Positions 19,205-29,958 are shown, numbered from the stretch's first letter. The stretch is 64,000 nt of DNA from Nitrospirales bacterium (GCA_965215405.1 OZ244060.1:309833-373832); one strand, 5' to 3'. Numbers and translations are program-made. The notes: generated by a model not told the origin, from the sequence alone.

Positions 19205-20193
19205 AACGCGAGACGTTCTTGTTTGAAGGATTGTGATTTGCTTCCAGGCCGATTATTGAGGGAATTGCGTTCCCAGAAAACACCGTCCGTATATCCCTGA
19301 ATCGTTGAATCGGAAGCGACCATCTCCAAGCGCTTAAGTGCCCAGCAGCAATATTCCTTATTAAGCTCTATACCACAAAAATTCCTGCCCAACTTTGCCG
19401 CGGCAACAACCGTGGTGCCACTGCCCAGGAAAGGATCAAACACAAACCCGCCTTTCTTCGAACTCGCCAGAATAAGTTTGGCTATCAGTTTTTCAGGTTT
19501 CTGTGTCGGGTGGTGAGTATTTTCCGGCATAGACCAAAATGGGATCGTTATATCTGTCCAGACGTTAGAGGGGCACGTGCGGCGATAGTTTCCGCTCTCT
19601 GCTTCATCCCAATCCTTTGGTTTCCCGTTTACCCTGTAAGGCGCGATGACCTTTCGTTTTAATTTCACGGAGTCCACGTCAAAGTAGTAGTCATCCGAAG
19701 CCGTACAAAACCAAACGTCCTCAGTGTTATTCTTCCAGTTTAATTTCGCGCCGCGTCCTTTTTCTCTTTCCCATGTAATCCGATTTCGAATATGGAAATG
19801 CTTTTCGAGAATCGGAGCAATAAGAACGGACGTTTTCCAGTCGGAACACACGTAAACCGTTGCCGTTGATTTGAGAGTCGGCATTAAGGCTTTAACGGCA
19901 CGCTGAAACCACTGCTGATAATCCGCCTTCTCTTTTTCTTTGAAGAGGTGCCCGTTATAGTCTTTGGCGAGATTATAGGGTGGGTCTAAAATAAGGAGGT
20001 CGACAAAACGCTGAGGTAACTTTTCTGCCACGTTGAACGTGTCACCGCAAATGATTTTTTCACCAATGTCCCTAACGCCAACCAGGTTATCGACGTAACT
20101 GATCTGACCTGACAGTCGGTCAATTTCTTCTTTGTGACTGATCAGCGTTCGGTTTCTTCGAGATTTCCGTTTCATCGTCAGATCGGCCTTCAA
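19201..20193 (-). CDS. Beta-class N6-adenine/N4-cytosine DNA methyltransferase (N6_N4_Mtase family)
   Basis: Motif IV LILDPPYN lies N-terminal to motif I FVFDPFLGSGTT, the beta-class order. HPTQKPEKL motif present. 330 aa. Confidence 0.88.
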   Translation of the reverse strand: MKADLTMKRKSRRNRTLISHKEEIDRLSGQISYVDNLVGVRDIGEKIICGDTFNVAEKLPQRFVDLLILDPPYNLAKDYNGHLFKEKEKADYQQWFQRAVKALMPTLKSTATVYVCSDWKTSVLIAPILEKHFHIRNRITWEREKGRGAKLNWKNNTEDVWFCTASDDYYFDVDSVKLKRKVIAPYRVNGKPKDWDEAESGNYRRTCPSNVWTDITIPFWSMPENTHHPTQKPEKLIAKLILASSKKGGFVFDPFLGSGTTVVAAAKLGRNFCGIELNKEYCCWALKRLEMVASDSTIQGYTDGVFWERNSLNNRPGSKSQSFKQERLAL

Positions 20194-20246
20194 CGTTTCA
20201 GCTTGCAGGATGAAACACTTGCCGCCTGGTCGCGTTCCCGACTTCC

Positions 20247-20768
20247 TCAGGCAGAGGACTTCGACTTCATGATTCCCTTTTTGGATAAGATGACCGCGCC
20301 GATCATGGCCACCAGCAAGATGAGCGAGGCAATTTCAAACGGGAATAAATAGGTGGAATACAAGACCGCCCCGATCGATTCCGTGTTCCCCGCGACCCCG
20401 GTCGCCCCTTCCGGTCCGGGGCCGGGCGACGCCACGGTGACTCCACGACTGACCGCAAGCAAAACGGCTTCGGTCAACAACGCCGCGCCGAGAAACAAAG
20501 CCACCGGCCCCTGTTGGTTGTAGCGCTCTTCACGTTTCACGTTCAGTAACATCACGACGAACAGATAGAGCACCAGGATCGCCCCGGCATACACGATGAT
20601 TTGAACGGCGGCTAAAAACTCGGCGTGCAGCGTGACGTATAAGCCGGCCACGTGAAAAAACATGACCAATAAGGACAGGGCACTGTAGATGGGGTTGCGA
20701 AGCAGGACGACGAGCGAAGCGGTCACCAGAATGACTGCGGCAAAATACACAAAGACGAACGTGGCCAC
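20247..20768 (-). CDS. nuoJ: NADH-quinone oxidoreductase subunit J
   Basis: 173 aa; LLRNPIYSALSLLVMFF...AAVQIIVYAGAILVLYLFVVML is typical NuoJ. Confidence 0.9.
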   Translation of the reverse strand: MATFVFVYFAAVILVTASLVVLLRNPIYSALSLLVMFFHVAGLYVTLHAEFLAAVQIIVYAGAILVLYLFVVMLLNVKREERYNQQGPVALFLGAALLTEAVLLAVSRGVTVASPGPGPEGATGVAGNTESIGAVLYSTYLFPFEIASLILLVAMIGAVILSKKGIMKSKSSA

Positions 20769-20851
20769 CGTTATACGTTGCTCCCGTTAACGATACATGC
20801 GCATTGACTCAACAAGGGAAGAGGCGTCGGGAAAGACAAATCGAGCGAAAA

Positions 20852-21436
20852 TTAAAATTCCTTTTCCGGAATATCTTTGAAGGAAACGTTAAAATAGGCC
20901 ACGTTGGGATGCTGAAATTCCAATCGTTTTTCCCGTTCCGGAAACGCTCGATCTCCGATTGCCAACAGTTGTTCTTTGTTCAGATGCAAATTGCGTTTAT
21001 CGTACACGGCCCACTCAAATTCCTGCGACATGCCTAAGGCGTCCACCGGACAGGCCTCGACGCACATCCCACAGAACAGACAACGAGTCATGTCCATGTA
21101 ATATTCTTTGGCGTACCGTTTGGTGGGCTCCCCGGGCACCTCGGCACTCACCACGCGAATCACGCGGGAGGGACAGGCCGCCTCACACAGATCACACCCC
21201 ACGCACTTTTCCGTCTCGTCGTCGTATCGCAGCAACCCCAACATTCCTCGATAATTGTCAGGCAACGGTTTCTTGACGTGAGGATACTCCAGGGTGACGG
21301 GGCGATAACGCAGCAAATGCCTGATCGTCTCTTTCATTCCCAGGATGATTTCAAAAAAGACGAGAGACTGAACCCACTTTTTGAGTTTCATCGACGTCTC
21401 GACCTCGGCGTTACGAATTAGGGAAGACGTAGGCAA
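20852..21436 (-). CDS. nuoI: NADH-quinone oxidoreductase subunit I (2x[4Fe-4S])
   Basis: [12 protein letters not shown] and [12 protein letters not shown] ferredoxin motifs. The track start is a TTG overlapping nuoH. ATG at 21391 ([12 protein letters not shown] ~11 nt upstream) is the more likely start. Confidence 0.9.
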   Translation of the reverse strand: MPTSSLIRNAEVETSMKLKKWVQSLVFFEIILGMKETIRHLLRYRPVTLEYPHVKKPLPDNYRGMLGLLRYDDETEKCVGCDLCEAACPSRVIRVVSAEVPGEPTKRYAKEYYMDMTRCLFCGMCVEACPVDALGMSQEFEWAVYDKRNLHLNKEQLLAIGDRAFPEREKRLEFQHPNVAYFNVSFKDIPEKEF

Positions 21437-22475
21437 AAATCGACGTCAGCACCACGTTTCCCAACGCAATGGGCAACAGCACCTTCCATCCAAACCGCAT
21501 CAACTGGTCATACCGTAATCGCGGCAGCGTGGCACGTATCCAGAAAAATAAAAATAAGAAAAAGTAGACTTTCGCCGTAAACCAGAAAATCCCCGTGATC
21601 CAGGCAAAGTTTCCAGGTGCCTGCAAAAACGGAAAGGGGGCGTGCCATCCGCCGAAGAACAAGACTGTGGCCATGCACGAAACCAAAATCATGTTCGCGT
21701 ATTCCGCCAAAAAGAAAAACGCGAACCGCATGCCGCTGTATTCCGTAAAGAAACCCGCCACCAGTTCGCTTTCCGCTTCGGGCAGGTCGAAGGGAAGCCG
21801 ATTGGTTTCGGCCACGGAGGCAATCAAAAAGACGACAAAGGCGATGAATTGCGGGAAGGGTAAGGGATCGAAGGCAAACCAGTTCCAGAAACCGCTGGCT
21901 TGCGATTCAGTGATTTCGACCAGACTCAAGCTCCCCGACAACAATAAAACCCCGACAATCGCCAGGCCCACGTTGAGTTCATAGCTGATCAACTGGGCAG
22001 CCGACCGCAGTCCGCCCAACAACGAATATTTACTGTTGGAGGCCCATCCACCGAGGATGACCCCGTACGCGCCGATCGACGCAAACGCCAGAACGTACAG
22101 CACGCCGACGTTGATGTCACTGATCACAAAGGGCTTGAATGCAACTCCCAGGAATTCCACCGTCCAGTTCGGACCGAACGGAACGACGGCAAACCCGATC
22201 AAGGCCGGCACCAACACGATAATAGGGGCCAGACCGAACATGATCTTGTTCGCGCCGGCAGGGATGATGTCTTCCTTGAAAAACAATTTCAGCCCGTCGG
22301 CCACCGGCTGCAAAATTCCATACGGTCCCACTTCCATCGGCCCCATACGGTCCTGCATCCAACTGAGCACTTTGCGTTCCAACAGGGTCAGTAATGCCAC
22401 GGTCAGCAGGACCACGCCCATCACGGCCCCGATTTGCGATAAGGTCAGGGCCAATTTAATGCCGGTATCGAACAC
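21411..22475 (-). CDS. nuoH: NADH-quinone oxidoreductase subunit H
   Basis: …[32 protein letters not shown]… is the NuoH signature. I prefer the GTG at 22475 (GAGGAG 7 nt upstream) over the track start at 22523. Confidence 0.88.
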   Translation of the reverse strand: MFDTGIKLALTLSQIGAVMGVVLLTVALLTLLERKVLSWMQDRMGPMEVGPYGILQPVADGLKLFFKEDIIPAGANKIMFGLAPIIVLVPALIGFAVVPFGPNWTVEFLGVAFKPFVISDINVGVLYVLAFASIGAYGVILGGWASNSKYSLLGGLRSAAQLISYELNVGLAIVGVLLLSGSLSLVEITESQASGFWNWFAFDPLPFPQFIAFVVFLIASVAETNRLPFDLPEAESELVAGFFTEYSGMRFAFFFLAEYANMILVSCMATVLFFGGWHAPFPFLQAPGNFAWITGIFWFTAKVYFFLFLFFWIRATLPRLRYDQLMRFGWKVLLPIALGNVVLTSIFAYVFPNS

Positions 22476-22546
22476 GGAAAAGCTCCTCGCGTTGATTTGT
22501 GACAAACAAGGACATGAACACAATCATCCGGTTTCCGAACACGTCG

Positions 22547-25216
22547 CTAATGCACGTTGACGATGGTGACTGACGTCGTCTTCCACTCGGGCACGTGGTT
22601 ACGCGGATCAACCTTCAACGAGAACAACGCCCGCACGGATTCATCGAAGTGTTCGGGAAACCACGCGACCGCGTTGGGCACGCGATCATTCAGTTTCACG
22701 GAAACGGTGGCTTGTCCGCAATCATTCAAGAGCCGAACGGAACGGCCTTCTTCAATCCCTAATCGTCGGGCCTCATCGGAATTGATTTGCAGAAGCCCTT
22801 CTCCTTGAATCTCCATCAATCCCTTCGCGCGCGTGCTGTATTTTCCGGAATGATACAGAGACTGGACCAACCGCAACGTCATCGACCCTTGTGGCGCGGG
22901 GGCGGGCGGATCGAGCGCGTACCGACGATCGACGTCCTCCTTGAACCCCCTTCGCACGTATTGAGCCACCACGTCCGCGTTGACTTTTGGCGGCGTGGCA
23001 GCCGGGCCCAGAAGCCCATATCCTGGAATCACTCCACGTATTTCCTTGAAGATTTCCTTGACGTCACCGTACTCGATGGGATGCCCCATCAACACCGACA
23101 GGGCCGAAAACATTTCCCAATCGGGCCGACTCTCCCCTAACGGCTCAATCGACTGGCGAACGGGCTGGACGTGGCCTTCCGTATTGGTAAACGTGCCGTT
23201 CTTTTCCATGGCCGAACACGCCGGAAACACGACGTGAGCCCGCTTCGCGGTTTCCGTCAGAAACAGTTCCTGACAGACCAGCAACTCCAGCGCGTCAAGC
23301 GCCTCGGTCACGTTGGCATCGGCCGGCAACGATTCAAGCGGATTTTCTCCGACGATGAACAACGATTTGATACGACCGGTCCTGGCGCGGTCCAACAGAT
23401 CCGGCAAGGTGGCCCCGGCTCCACGTGGAACCGCCTGCCCCCAGACCTGCGCCAGGACCGCCTGCCGTTCTTCATCATGAAGATCGGCCGGGCCTGGAAA
23501 ATATTCGGCAACGGCTCCCATTTCCACGGCACCCTGCTCATTATTCGCTTCCGCCAGACAGCCAAGCCCTGAGCCTTGACTCCGGAGATGTCCCGTGAGG
23601 ATCTGAAGATCGAGAAGGTTGGTCACCATCCCTTCTCCGCCAGGTGAACGGAGAACGTCCCGGCCAACCAGAATCACGGCTCGTTGAGCCTGCGTATACG
23701 TCAGAGCCGCCGCTTCAAAATCCGTTTGCGGGAGACCGGACCGTTCCCGGATCGTATGCCAGGAAACCCTGGCCACGTTGGTCCGTATCGTCTGCACGAA
23801 CTCCGGCGCTTGGCTGGCAATCTCCTCATGAACCAGGCGTCGCTCAACAACGGCCTTCAAAATCCCCAGGATGGCCGCGGCAAACTCTCCGCTTTTCACC
23901 GTCAGGTGATGCCGGGACAGCGTCGCAACGTTACTCACCGTCGAGCGGACCGGAAGCAGGGATTCAAGCGTGATCAGTTGCGCCGCGCCGCGTTTCACGG
24001 CTTGCTTCACCTGCAGGGCCGTAATGGGATTGGACTCATTGATCGCGGTGCCGACCAGCATGACGCCGTCGGCTCGGACAACGTCCTCATATCGAATCGT
24101 CCATCGATGGGTGCCCTGCACCCGTCGGAGAGCCCGTATGCCATTGATGTACCCGGACCGCGGGCTGCTGTCGATCTGATTCGTCCCGACCACGAGACGC
24201 ATGAATTTCTGAAACAGATACAGATCTTCATTCGTACATCGAGCCGTCATGAGCCCACCGATCGCATCGGCTCCATGCGTCGCTTGAATAGCCGTGAACC
24301 GCCGGGCGACGCGTTCCAGCGCTTCTTCCCACGTGACTTCGGCAAAGGAGCCGTCGGCCTGACGCATGAGCGGGCGTTGCAGGCGATCGGGATGGGCACT
24401 GGCGTGATAGCCGAAATATCCACGAACGCAGAGGTCCCCGTCGTTTCGGCCGGCCCCCAAAGCCGAATTCACTTCGATCAATCGATTATCTTTTCGCTGA
24501 ACCGTGATCTGACACCCATCCCCGCAATAGGAACAAATGGTTTCCGTTCGTTTTAACATCCACGGACGAAAGTCATACATCGACAATCGACTGGTAATGG
24601 CCCCGACCGGACAAATCTGAATGCATCCGCCACACGCATCGCACTCGAGCTCATTGCCGGCCCAATGCGTAATCCGCGTGAGCGTGCCGCGCCCTTCAGC
24701 CGCCAACGCCCGTGCGTCCATCACTTCGTCGCAATACCGCACGCAGCGCATGCACGACACACAACGATTCATCTGTGTTTCAATGACCGGGCTGAGGTAT
24801 TGTTTCGGAAACACCCGCTTCAACTCATTGAACCGACTGAGAGTTGGCGTGTACTCATGCGAAAAATCCTGCAGGTCACAGCGACCGCCCTGATCGCACA
24901 CCGGGCAATCGAGGGGATGGTTGCCTAACAACAACTCCAAGACTGATTTTCGCGCCGCCTCGACGTGTGGCACCGACGACCGCACGACCATGCCTTCAGC
25001 CACCCGCGTGCTGCACGAGGTCTGGAGTTTGGGAATTTTTTCGATTTCCACCAGACACATCCGACAATTTGCGTCAGGCTTCAGCTTCGGATGGTAACAA
25101 AAATGAGGCACCATCACGCCCACCTGTCGCGCCGCCTCGATCACAAGCGTGCCTTCCGGCACTTGCGTGTCGATTCCGTCGATCGTGACTTTCAGCATTT
25201 TGTTCGTCCGTGGCAT
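22547..25216 (-). CDS. nuoG: NADH-quinone oxidoreductase subunit G (75-kDa type)
   Basis: N-terminal 2Fe-2S and 4Fe-4S cysteine clusters (CYHPKL…CRMCLVE; HPLDCPVCDQGGRCDLQ; CVSCMRCVRYC) followed by a molybdopterin-oxidoreductase-like domain. Confidence 0.9.
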   Translation of the reverse strand: MPRTNKMLKVTIDGIDTQVPEGTLVIEAARQVGVMVPHFCYHPKLKPDANCRMCLVEIEKIPKLQTSCSTRVAEGMVVRSSVPHVEAARKSVLELLLGNHPLDCPVCDQGGRCDLQDFSHEYTPTLSRFNELKRVFPKQYLSPVIETQMNRCVSCMRCVRYCDEVMDARALAAEGRGTLTRITHWAGNELECDACGGCIQICPVGAITSRLSMYDFRPWMLKRTETICSYCGDGCQITVQRKDNRLIEVNSALGAGRNDGDLCVRGYFGYHASAHPDRLQRPLMRQADGSFAEVTWEEALERVARRFTAIQATHGADAIGGLMTARCTNEDLYLFQKFMRLVVGTNQIDSSPRSGYINGIRALRRVQGTHRWTIRYEDVVRADGVMLVGTAINESNPITALQVKQAVKRGAAQLITLESLLPVRSTVSNVATLSRHHLTVKSGEFAAAILGILKAVVERRLVHEEIASQAPEFVQTIRTNVARVSWHTIRERSGLPQTDFEAAALTYTQAQRAVILVGRDVLRSPGGEGMVTNLLDLQILTGHLRSQGSGLGCLAEANNEQGAVEMGAVAEYFPGPADLHDEERQAVLAQVWGQAVPRGAGATLPDLLDRARTGRIKSLFIVGENPLESLPADANVTEALDALELLVCQELFLTETAKRAHVVFPACSAMEKNGTFTNTEGHVQPVRQSIEPLGESRPDWEMFSALSVLMGHPIEYGDVKEIFKEIRGVIPGYGLLGPAATPPKVNADVVAQYVRRGFKEDVDRRYALDPPAPAPQGSMTLRLVQSLYHSGKYSTRAKGLMEIQGEGLLQINSDEARRLGIEEGRSVRLLNDCGQATVSVKLNDRVPNAVAWFPEHFDESVRALFSLKVDPRNHVPEWKTTSVTIVNVH

Positions 25217-25231
25217 CGACGCGATCCGGTC

Positions 25232-26542
25232 TTACGAAACACCAAGCACAGGGATTTCTTTTCTGCTCGCCCTGCGTGACTCGGCCTCTTCAATCAAGGC
25301 CTCATACTCATGCCGCCAATATTTCAACGTACTCTGCACCGGGGAAATTTCCGCGTCTCCAAACGCACACACCGTTCGACCACCGATGTTTTCGCAAATT
25401 TCCGTGAGCGTCCGTAAGTCTTCCGGCCGTCCCTGCCCGTTCAACACCCGTTGTAAAATCTGGACGATCCAGGCGCTGCCTTCCCGACAAGGCGTACACT
25501 TCCCACACGATTCATGATAGAAAAATTCCATCAATCGAAGGGCCGCCCACACCATGCTCGTGCCTTCTTCCATCACGGTTATTCCACCAGACCCTGACAT
25601 CGAGCCCGCCATGGCGACCGACTCAAAATCCAATTGAACGTCGACGTGTTCCGGGGTCAAAAAAGGCGCCGAGGCGCCGCCTGGAATAAACGCCTTGAGT
25701 GGTTTTTCCGACCGCATGCCTCCGCCAAGCTCATAAATCAAATCCCGGAACGTCGCGTTTACGGGCAATTCATAATTCCCCGGACGTTTCACGTGGCCAC
25801 TCAAACAGAAGATTCGCGTTCCGGTGCTCTTGGGCGGCGCGCCAATTGAGGCATACCACGCTTCCCCGCGATTCACTATGTGGGGGACGTTGGCCAGCGT
25901 CTCGACGTTATTGACGACCGTGGGTTTCTGATAGAGGCCGTGCGTGGCCGGAAACGGCGGCTTCGTCCGAGGTTTCCCCCGTTTTCCTTCCAACGATTCG
26001 AGCAGCGCGGTTTCCTCACCACAAATATAGGCTCCGGCCCCCGCGTGCACGTAGACGTGAACGGTGATCCCGCTGCCGTAGATATCGGAACCCAGGTGCC
26101 CGGCCTGATTTGCTTCGGCAACCGCACGCTCCAGGATTGTCGCGGCAAGCCGAAATTCACCCCTTATGTAGACGTAGGCCGTTTGTGCGCCAATGGCATA
26201 ACAGGAGATGGCAATGCCTTCAAGAATCTGGTGGGGGTCCCGCTCCATCAATTGACGGTCTTTAAACGTACCCGGTTCACTTTCATCGGCGTTACAGCAC
26301 AGGTATTTGGGACCGGGATGGTCCTTGGGAATAAAGCCCCATTTCACCCCGGTAGGAAACCCGGCGCCACCACGACCTCGCAGGCCGGATTTTTTCACCA
26401 TCTCGATCACGTCATCGGGAGGCACGTTCCCCAAGACGGTTTTCAAGGCCTGATACCCACCGGTCCCTTCATAATCAGAAAGGGACCCGGTGTAGCCGGG
26501 TCGTTCCATATTGGCCAAGAGAATTTTTTCAAAGGTCTTCAC
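25232..26542 (-). CDS. nuoF: NADH-quinone oxidoreductase subunit F (FMN/NADH binding)
   Basis: GLRGRGGAGFPTGVKW FMN site and ESCGKCTPCREG 4Fe-4S motif. Confidence 0.92.
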   Translation of the reverse strand: MKTFEKILLANMERPGYTGSLSDYEGTGGYQALKTVLGNVPPDDVIEMVKKSGLRGRGGAGFPTGVKWGFIPKDHPGPKYLCCNADESEPGTFKDRQLMERDPHQILEGIAISCYAIGAQTAYVYIRGEFRLAATILERAVAEANQAGHLGSDIYGSGITVHVYVHAGAGAYICGEETALLESLEGKRGKPRTKPPFPATHGLYQKPTVVNNVETLANVPHIVNRGEAWYASIGAPPKSTGTRIFCLSGHVKRPGNYELPVNATFRDLIYELGGGMRSEKPLKAFIPGGASAPFLTPEHVDVQLDFESVAMAGSMSGSGGITVMEEGTSMVWAALRLMEFFYHESCGKCTPCREGSAWIVQILQRVLNGQGRPEDLRTLTEICENIGGRTVCAFGDAEISPVQSTLKYWRHEYEALIEEAESRRASRKEIPVLGVS

Positions 26543-27075
26543 GGCGGCACGACGCCCTCGCCCCGTTCAGGAACCATAAAGGGGCCGCTTTTCATTGAAC
26601 AATCGCCGGATTCCCGTAACGCCTGGATAATCCGTCCGGCTTTTTCTTCCGTGAGCCACTCATAATAGTCGTCGTTAATCTGCATCATCGGCCCGGTGCC
26701 ACACGACCCTAAACATTCCACCACACTCAGGGTGAACAGCTTGTCCCTGGTGGTCTGGCCGACGGCAACGTCCAAATGTTTGTGCAACCATTCAATCAGG
26801 GAGTCGGCCCCAACCAGCGCGCACATTAACGACCGGCACACCTGGACGTGGAATTTCCCAATCGGTTTGAGATTGAGCATGGTATAAAACGTCGCCGTCT
26901 CAAACACCTGGGGAGGGGTGACGTCTAAAATACCGGCAATCTCTCGCATGGCGGCCTGGCTCACGTACCCTTCTTCCTTTTGTGCCAGATTCAACAACGG
27001 AAGAATGGCCGAGCGCTTCACCGGATATCGGCTCAGAATTTCGTCAATGGCGTCTTTATGTTTCTCGAAGACCAT
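26539..27075 (-). CDS. nuoE: NADH-quinone oxidoreductase subunit E
   Basis: 178 aa with the 2Fe-2S cysteines (VCRSLMCAL…ECLGSCGTGPMMQIND). 4-nt overlap with nuoF. Confidence 0.9.
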   Translation of the reverse strand: MVFEKHKDAIDEILSRYPVKRSAILPLLNLAQKEEGYVSQAAMREIAGILDVTPPQVFETATFYTMLNLKPIGKFHVQVCRSLMCALVGADSLIEWLHKHLDVAVGQTTRDKLFTLSVVECLGSCGTGPMMQINDDYYEWLTEEKAGRIIQALRESGDCSMKSGPFMVPERGEGVVPP

Positions 27076-27093
27076 GCTGCCTTATCGGACGGC

Positions 27094-28866
27094 TCACCGA
27101 TCACACTCACCCATGACGATGTCATAGGTGCCGAAGATGGTAATAATATCAGAAATCAGATAGCCGCGGGACATAAAATCAAACGCTCCCATATGGACGA
27201 ACGAGGGTGAGCGGATTTTCATGCGATAGGGCCGTGGGCTGCCGTCGCTGATCAGGAAAAATCCCAACTCCCCCTTGGGCACCTCGGTCCCGCAATAGGT
27301 TTCCCCCTTCGGTGGCTTAAACCCCTGGGTAAAGATGATGAAATGATGGATCAAGCTTTCCATGTCCCGCATCACGGCGGGTTTGGGCGGGGGAATCACC
27401 TGGGGCATATCCGCCATAATGGGGCCCTCCGGCAACTGATCCAGGCATTGCGCAATGATTCGAGCACTTTGCTTCATTTCTTCAACGCGAATCCAATACC
27501 GATCATACGTGTCTCCGTCTTTGCCGACGGGGACGTCCCAGTCCACGCGATCATAGACGCCGTACGGCTCGAGTTTGCGCACGTCATAGGCCACGCCCGA
27601 CCCCCGAAGCGTCGGCCCCGTGAGCCCGAAATTAATGGCGTCTTCCCCGGACACGACCGCCACGCCTTTGGTTCTGGCCACCCAGATCCGATTATTTTTC
27701 AACAAGACGTCGTATTCCTGCACGTGCTGAGAAAACGTTTTCAAAAAACTTCGAAGGCGTTCGATCAGTTCCGGGGTGAGATCGCCGTCCACCCCCCCAA
27801 TGCGATAATAATTCAGCGTTAATCGCGCGCCACATAACTGTTCAAAGAAGTCGAGCAATACTTCCCGCTCACGAAACGTCCAGAAGAAGACCGTCATGGC
27901 CCCGATATCCAGCGCCTGCGTGCCTAACCAGAAGAGGTGGCCAACGATTCGCTGAACTTCGGCCACGATCGTCCGGACATACTCGGCCCGCTCCGGCAGC
28001 GTCACGCCGACCAATTTTTCAACGGCGCGAACGTAGGCATAGTTGTTCGTCATGGCGCACACGTAATCCAGGCGATCCGTATGCGGGATGACCTGCATAT
28101 AATGGAGACCTTCGGCAAGTTTTTCGACGCCGCGGTGCAGATACCCCACGTCGGGAACGGCTTTGGTAACTCGTTCGCCGTCCAGTTCCAGCACCACCCG
28201 CAAGACCCCATGGGTGCTGGGGTGCTGTGGGCCCATATTGAGCAACAATTCCGTCGTGCGCCTGCCCGTCTGCTCGCCGGGCAGGGAGGAGTCAGAATCA
28301 TCCCCGGCCAGAAAGACGTGCCGTTGATCTTGCGGAACGTCGCGTTCCGTCCATTCACTCTCCGGTTCATCCAGGCGGGGAAGAAAATCAAAGGTGCTTC
28401 TCCATCCCCTGCCTTCGGTTGGAAAGTCCTTTCGAAGGGGATAGCCTTCCGCGTAATCTTCCGGCAACAGAATCCGTCGCGGGTCCGGATGCCCCTCGAA
28501 CGTGATCCCCATCAGATCGAATACTTCGCGTTCGAGAAAATTCGCGCCTTTCCAGATGGGCGTAATGGATCCGATGGTGGGGCAGTCTTCGGTCACGCGG
28601 GCTTTCACGCGAATCCGGGTTTTATGCGGGAGGGAGAGAAAGTGATAGATGACTTCAAACCGTTCGAGATCATCGGGATAGTCTGCCGAGCAAACGTCGG
28701 TAAGATGATCGAAGGCCATGCCGGGATCATCATGAAGGAAGCGCGTCACTTCGACGAGATCCCGTGCCCGCACCTGGGCCGAAAGATCGCCCCTCACGGG
28801 ATCCTCGCGCACGGACAGCACGGCCTCGGGAAAACGCTCGCGTAAGGTTTCAAGCACTCGATGCAT
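27094..28866 (-). CDS. nuoC: Fused NADH-quinone oxidoreductase subunits C and D
   Basis: NuoC part (MHRVLETLRERFPEAV…FDHLTDVCSADYP…), an acidic linker, then NuoD (LLLNMGPQHPSTHGVLR…YLHRGVEKL…GECDR). The start is placed at ATG 28866, because the longer track ORF would overlap nuoB. Confidence 0.88.
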   Translation of the reverse strand: MHRVLETLRERFPEAVLSVREDPVRGDLSAQVRARDLVEVTRFLHDDPGMAFDHLTDVCSADYPDDLERFEVIYHFLSLPHKTRIRVKARVTEDCPTIGSITPIWKGANFLEREVFDLMGITFEGHPDPRRILLPEDYAEGYPLRKDFPTEGRGWRSTFDFLPRLDEPESEWTERDVPQDQRHVFLAGDDSDSSLPGEQTGRRTTELLLNMGPQHPSTHGVLRVVLELDGERVTKAVPDVGYLHRGVEKLAEGLHYMQVIPHTDRLDYVCAMTNNYAYVRAVEKLVGVTLPERAEYVRTIVAEVQRIVGHLFWLGTQALDIGAMTVFFWTFREREVLLDFFEQLCGARLTLNYYRIGGVDGDLTPELIERLRSFLKTFSQHVQEYDVLLKNNRIWVARTKGVAVVSGEDAINFGLTGPTLRGSGVAYDVRKLEPYGVYDRVDWDVPVGKDGDTYDRYWIRVEEMKQSARIIAQCLDQLPEGPIMADMPQVIPPPKPAVMRDMESLIHHFIIFTQGFKPPKGETYCGTEVPKGELGFFLISDGSPRPYRMKIRSPSFVHMGAFDFMSRGYLISDIITIFGTYDIVMGECDR

Positions 28867-28901
28867 GGAACGGCAAAGTCCGGTTGGAATGAATGGGGAC
28901 C

Positions 28902-29381
28902 TTACTTCACGAACACTTTTTCCTTTTGAATTTTTTCTTGCAATTTCATCAAGGCATCCAAGAGGGCTTCCGGGCGTGGAGGACACCCCGCCACGTAGAC
29001 GTCGACCGGCACGATTTGATCCACTCCCTGCACCACGCTGTAACTGTTGTAATGATTGCCCGACGTCGCACATGAGCCCATGGAGACGACGTATCGTGGT
29101 TCGGCCATCTGATCATAGATACGCCGAATCACCGGCGCCATTTTGCGACACACGGTTCCGGCCACGATCATGACGTCCGATTGTCTGGGAGACGCGCGAA
29201 AGACGCCTGCTCCGAATCGGTCGATGTCATAGCGCGAGGACACCGACGCAATCATTTCAATCGCGCAACAGGCCAGCCCGAAGGTCATCGGCCACAAGGC
29301 CGACTTCCGGCACCAACTCACCAGATAATCGAGATTGGTGGTAAGAATATTCGGTTCAAACCGTCGTTCCAGCATACTCAT
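28902..29381 (-). CDS. nuoB: NADH-quinone oxidoreductase subunit B
   Basis: [17 protein letters not shown] and GCPPRPEAL cluster-N2 cysteine motifs. Confidence 0.92.
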   Translation of the reverse strand: MSMLERRFEPNILTTNLDYLVSWCRKSALWPMTFGLACCAIEMIASVSSRYDIDRFGAGVFRASPRQSDVMIVAGTVCRKMAPVIRRIYDQMAEPRYVVSMGSCATSGNHYNSYSVVQGVDQIVPVDVYVAGCPPRPEALLDALMKLQEKIQKEKVFVK

Positions 29382-29586
29382 CGTTTCTTATCCTTTGTCG
29401 TGCAAACAACCCGTGGAGGACGGATTCCCACGTTCAAAGAGCCACCCGACCCGATGCCCTGCGCCGCGGGAACGACGGAAACGGGCAACCACCAACGCCC
29501 GAACTGCCCGCCCCGTCACGGCAGCACCGAACGGCGCCGCTCGTTCTCGGGGCAGAATTCCACTGCGCTCCGGAACGCAGTATGAC

Positions 29587-29958
29587 TCACTCCCATTCCA
29601 ACGCCCCCTTTTTCCAGACGTACCAAAACCCAACGACCAGGACGGCAATAAAGACACCCATTTCAATGAGTCCCAAAAGTCCCAGCGCGTGAAACGCCAC
29701 GGCCCACGGAAACATAAAAACGATTTCAATATCAAAAACAACAAACAACATCGCGATAACGTAATACCGCATCGGAAATTGAACGCGGGCGTCCATAAAG
29801 AGTGGACTCCCGCTTTCATACGGAAGAAGTTTCGCGCGATAGGGGCGATTGGGACGCGCGACCCATCCCGCCACCAGCGACACCGCGCCAAATCCCAGCG
29901 CAATGACGGCAAAGAGGGCTATGGGGATATAATTGAGAGGAACCGACTCGCCGCCCAT
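29587..29958 (-). CDS. nuoA: NADH-quinone oxidoreductase subunit A
   Basis: 123 aa; YESGSPLF…RYYVIAMLFVVFDIEIVFMFPWA is typical NuoA. Confidence 0.9.
   Translation of the reverse strand: MGGESVPLNYIPIALFAVIALGFGAVSLVAGWVARPNRPYRAKLLPYESGSPLFMDARVQFPMRYYVIAMLFVVFDIEIVFMFPWAVAFHALGLLGLIEMGVFIAVLVVGFWYVWKKGALEWE

Noticed and set aside
27094-29073. The 659-aa form of NuoCD given by the ORF track.
   Set aside because: Its first 69 codons overlap nuoB and have no NuoC similarity. ATG 28866 (MHRVLETLRERF…) fits the NuoC N-terminus.
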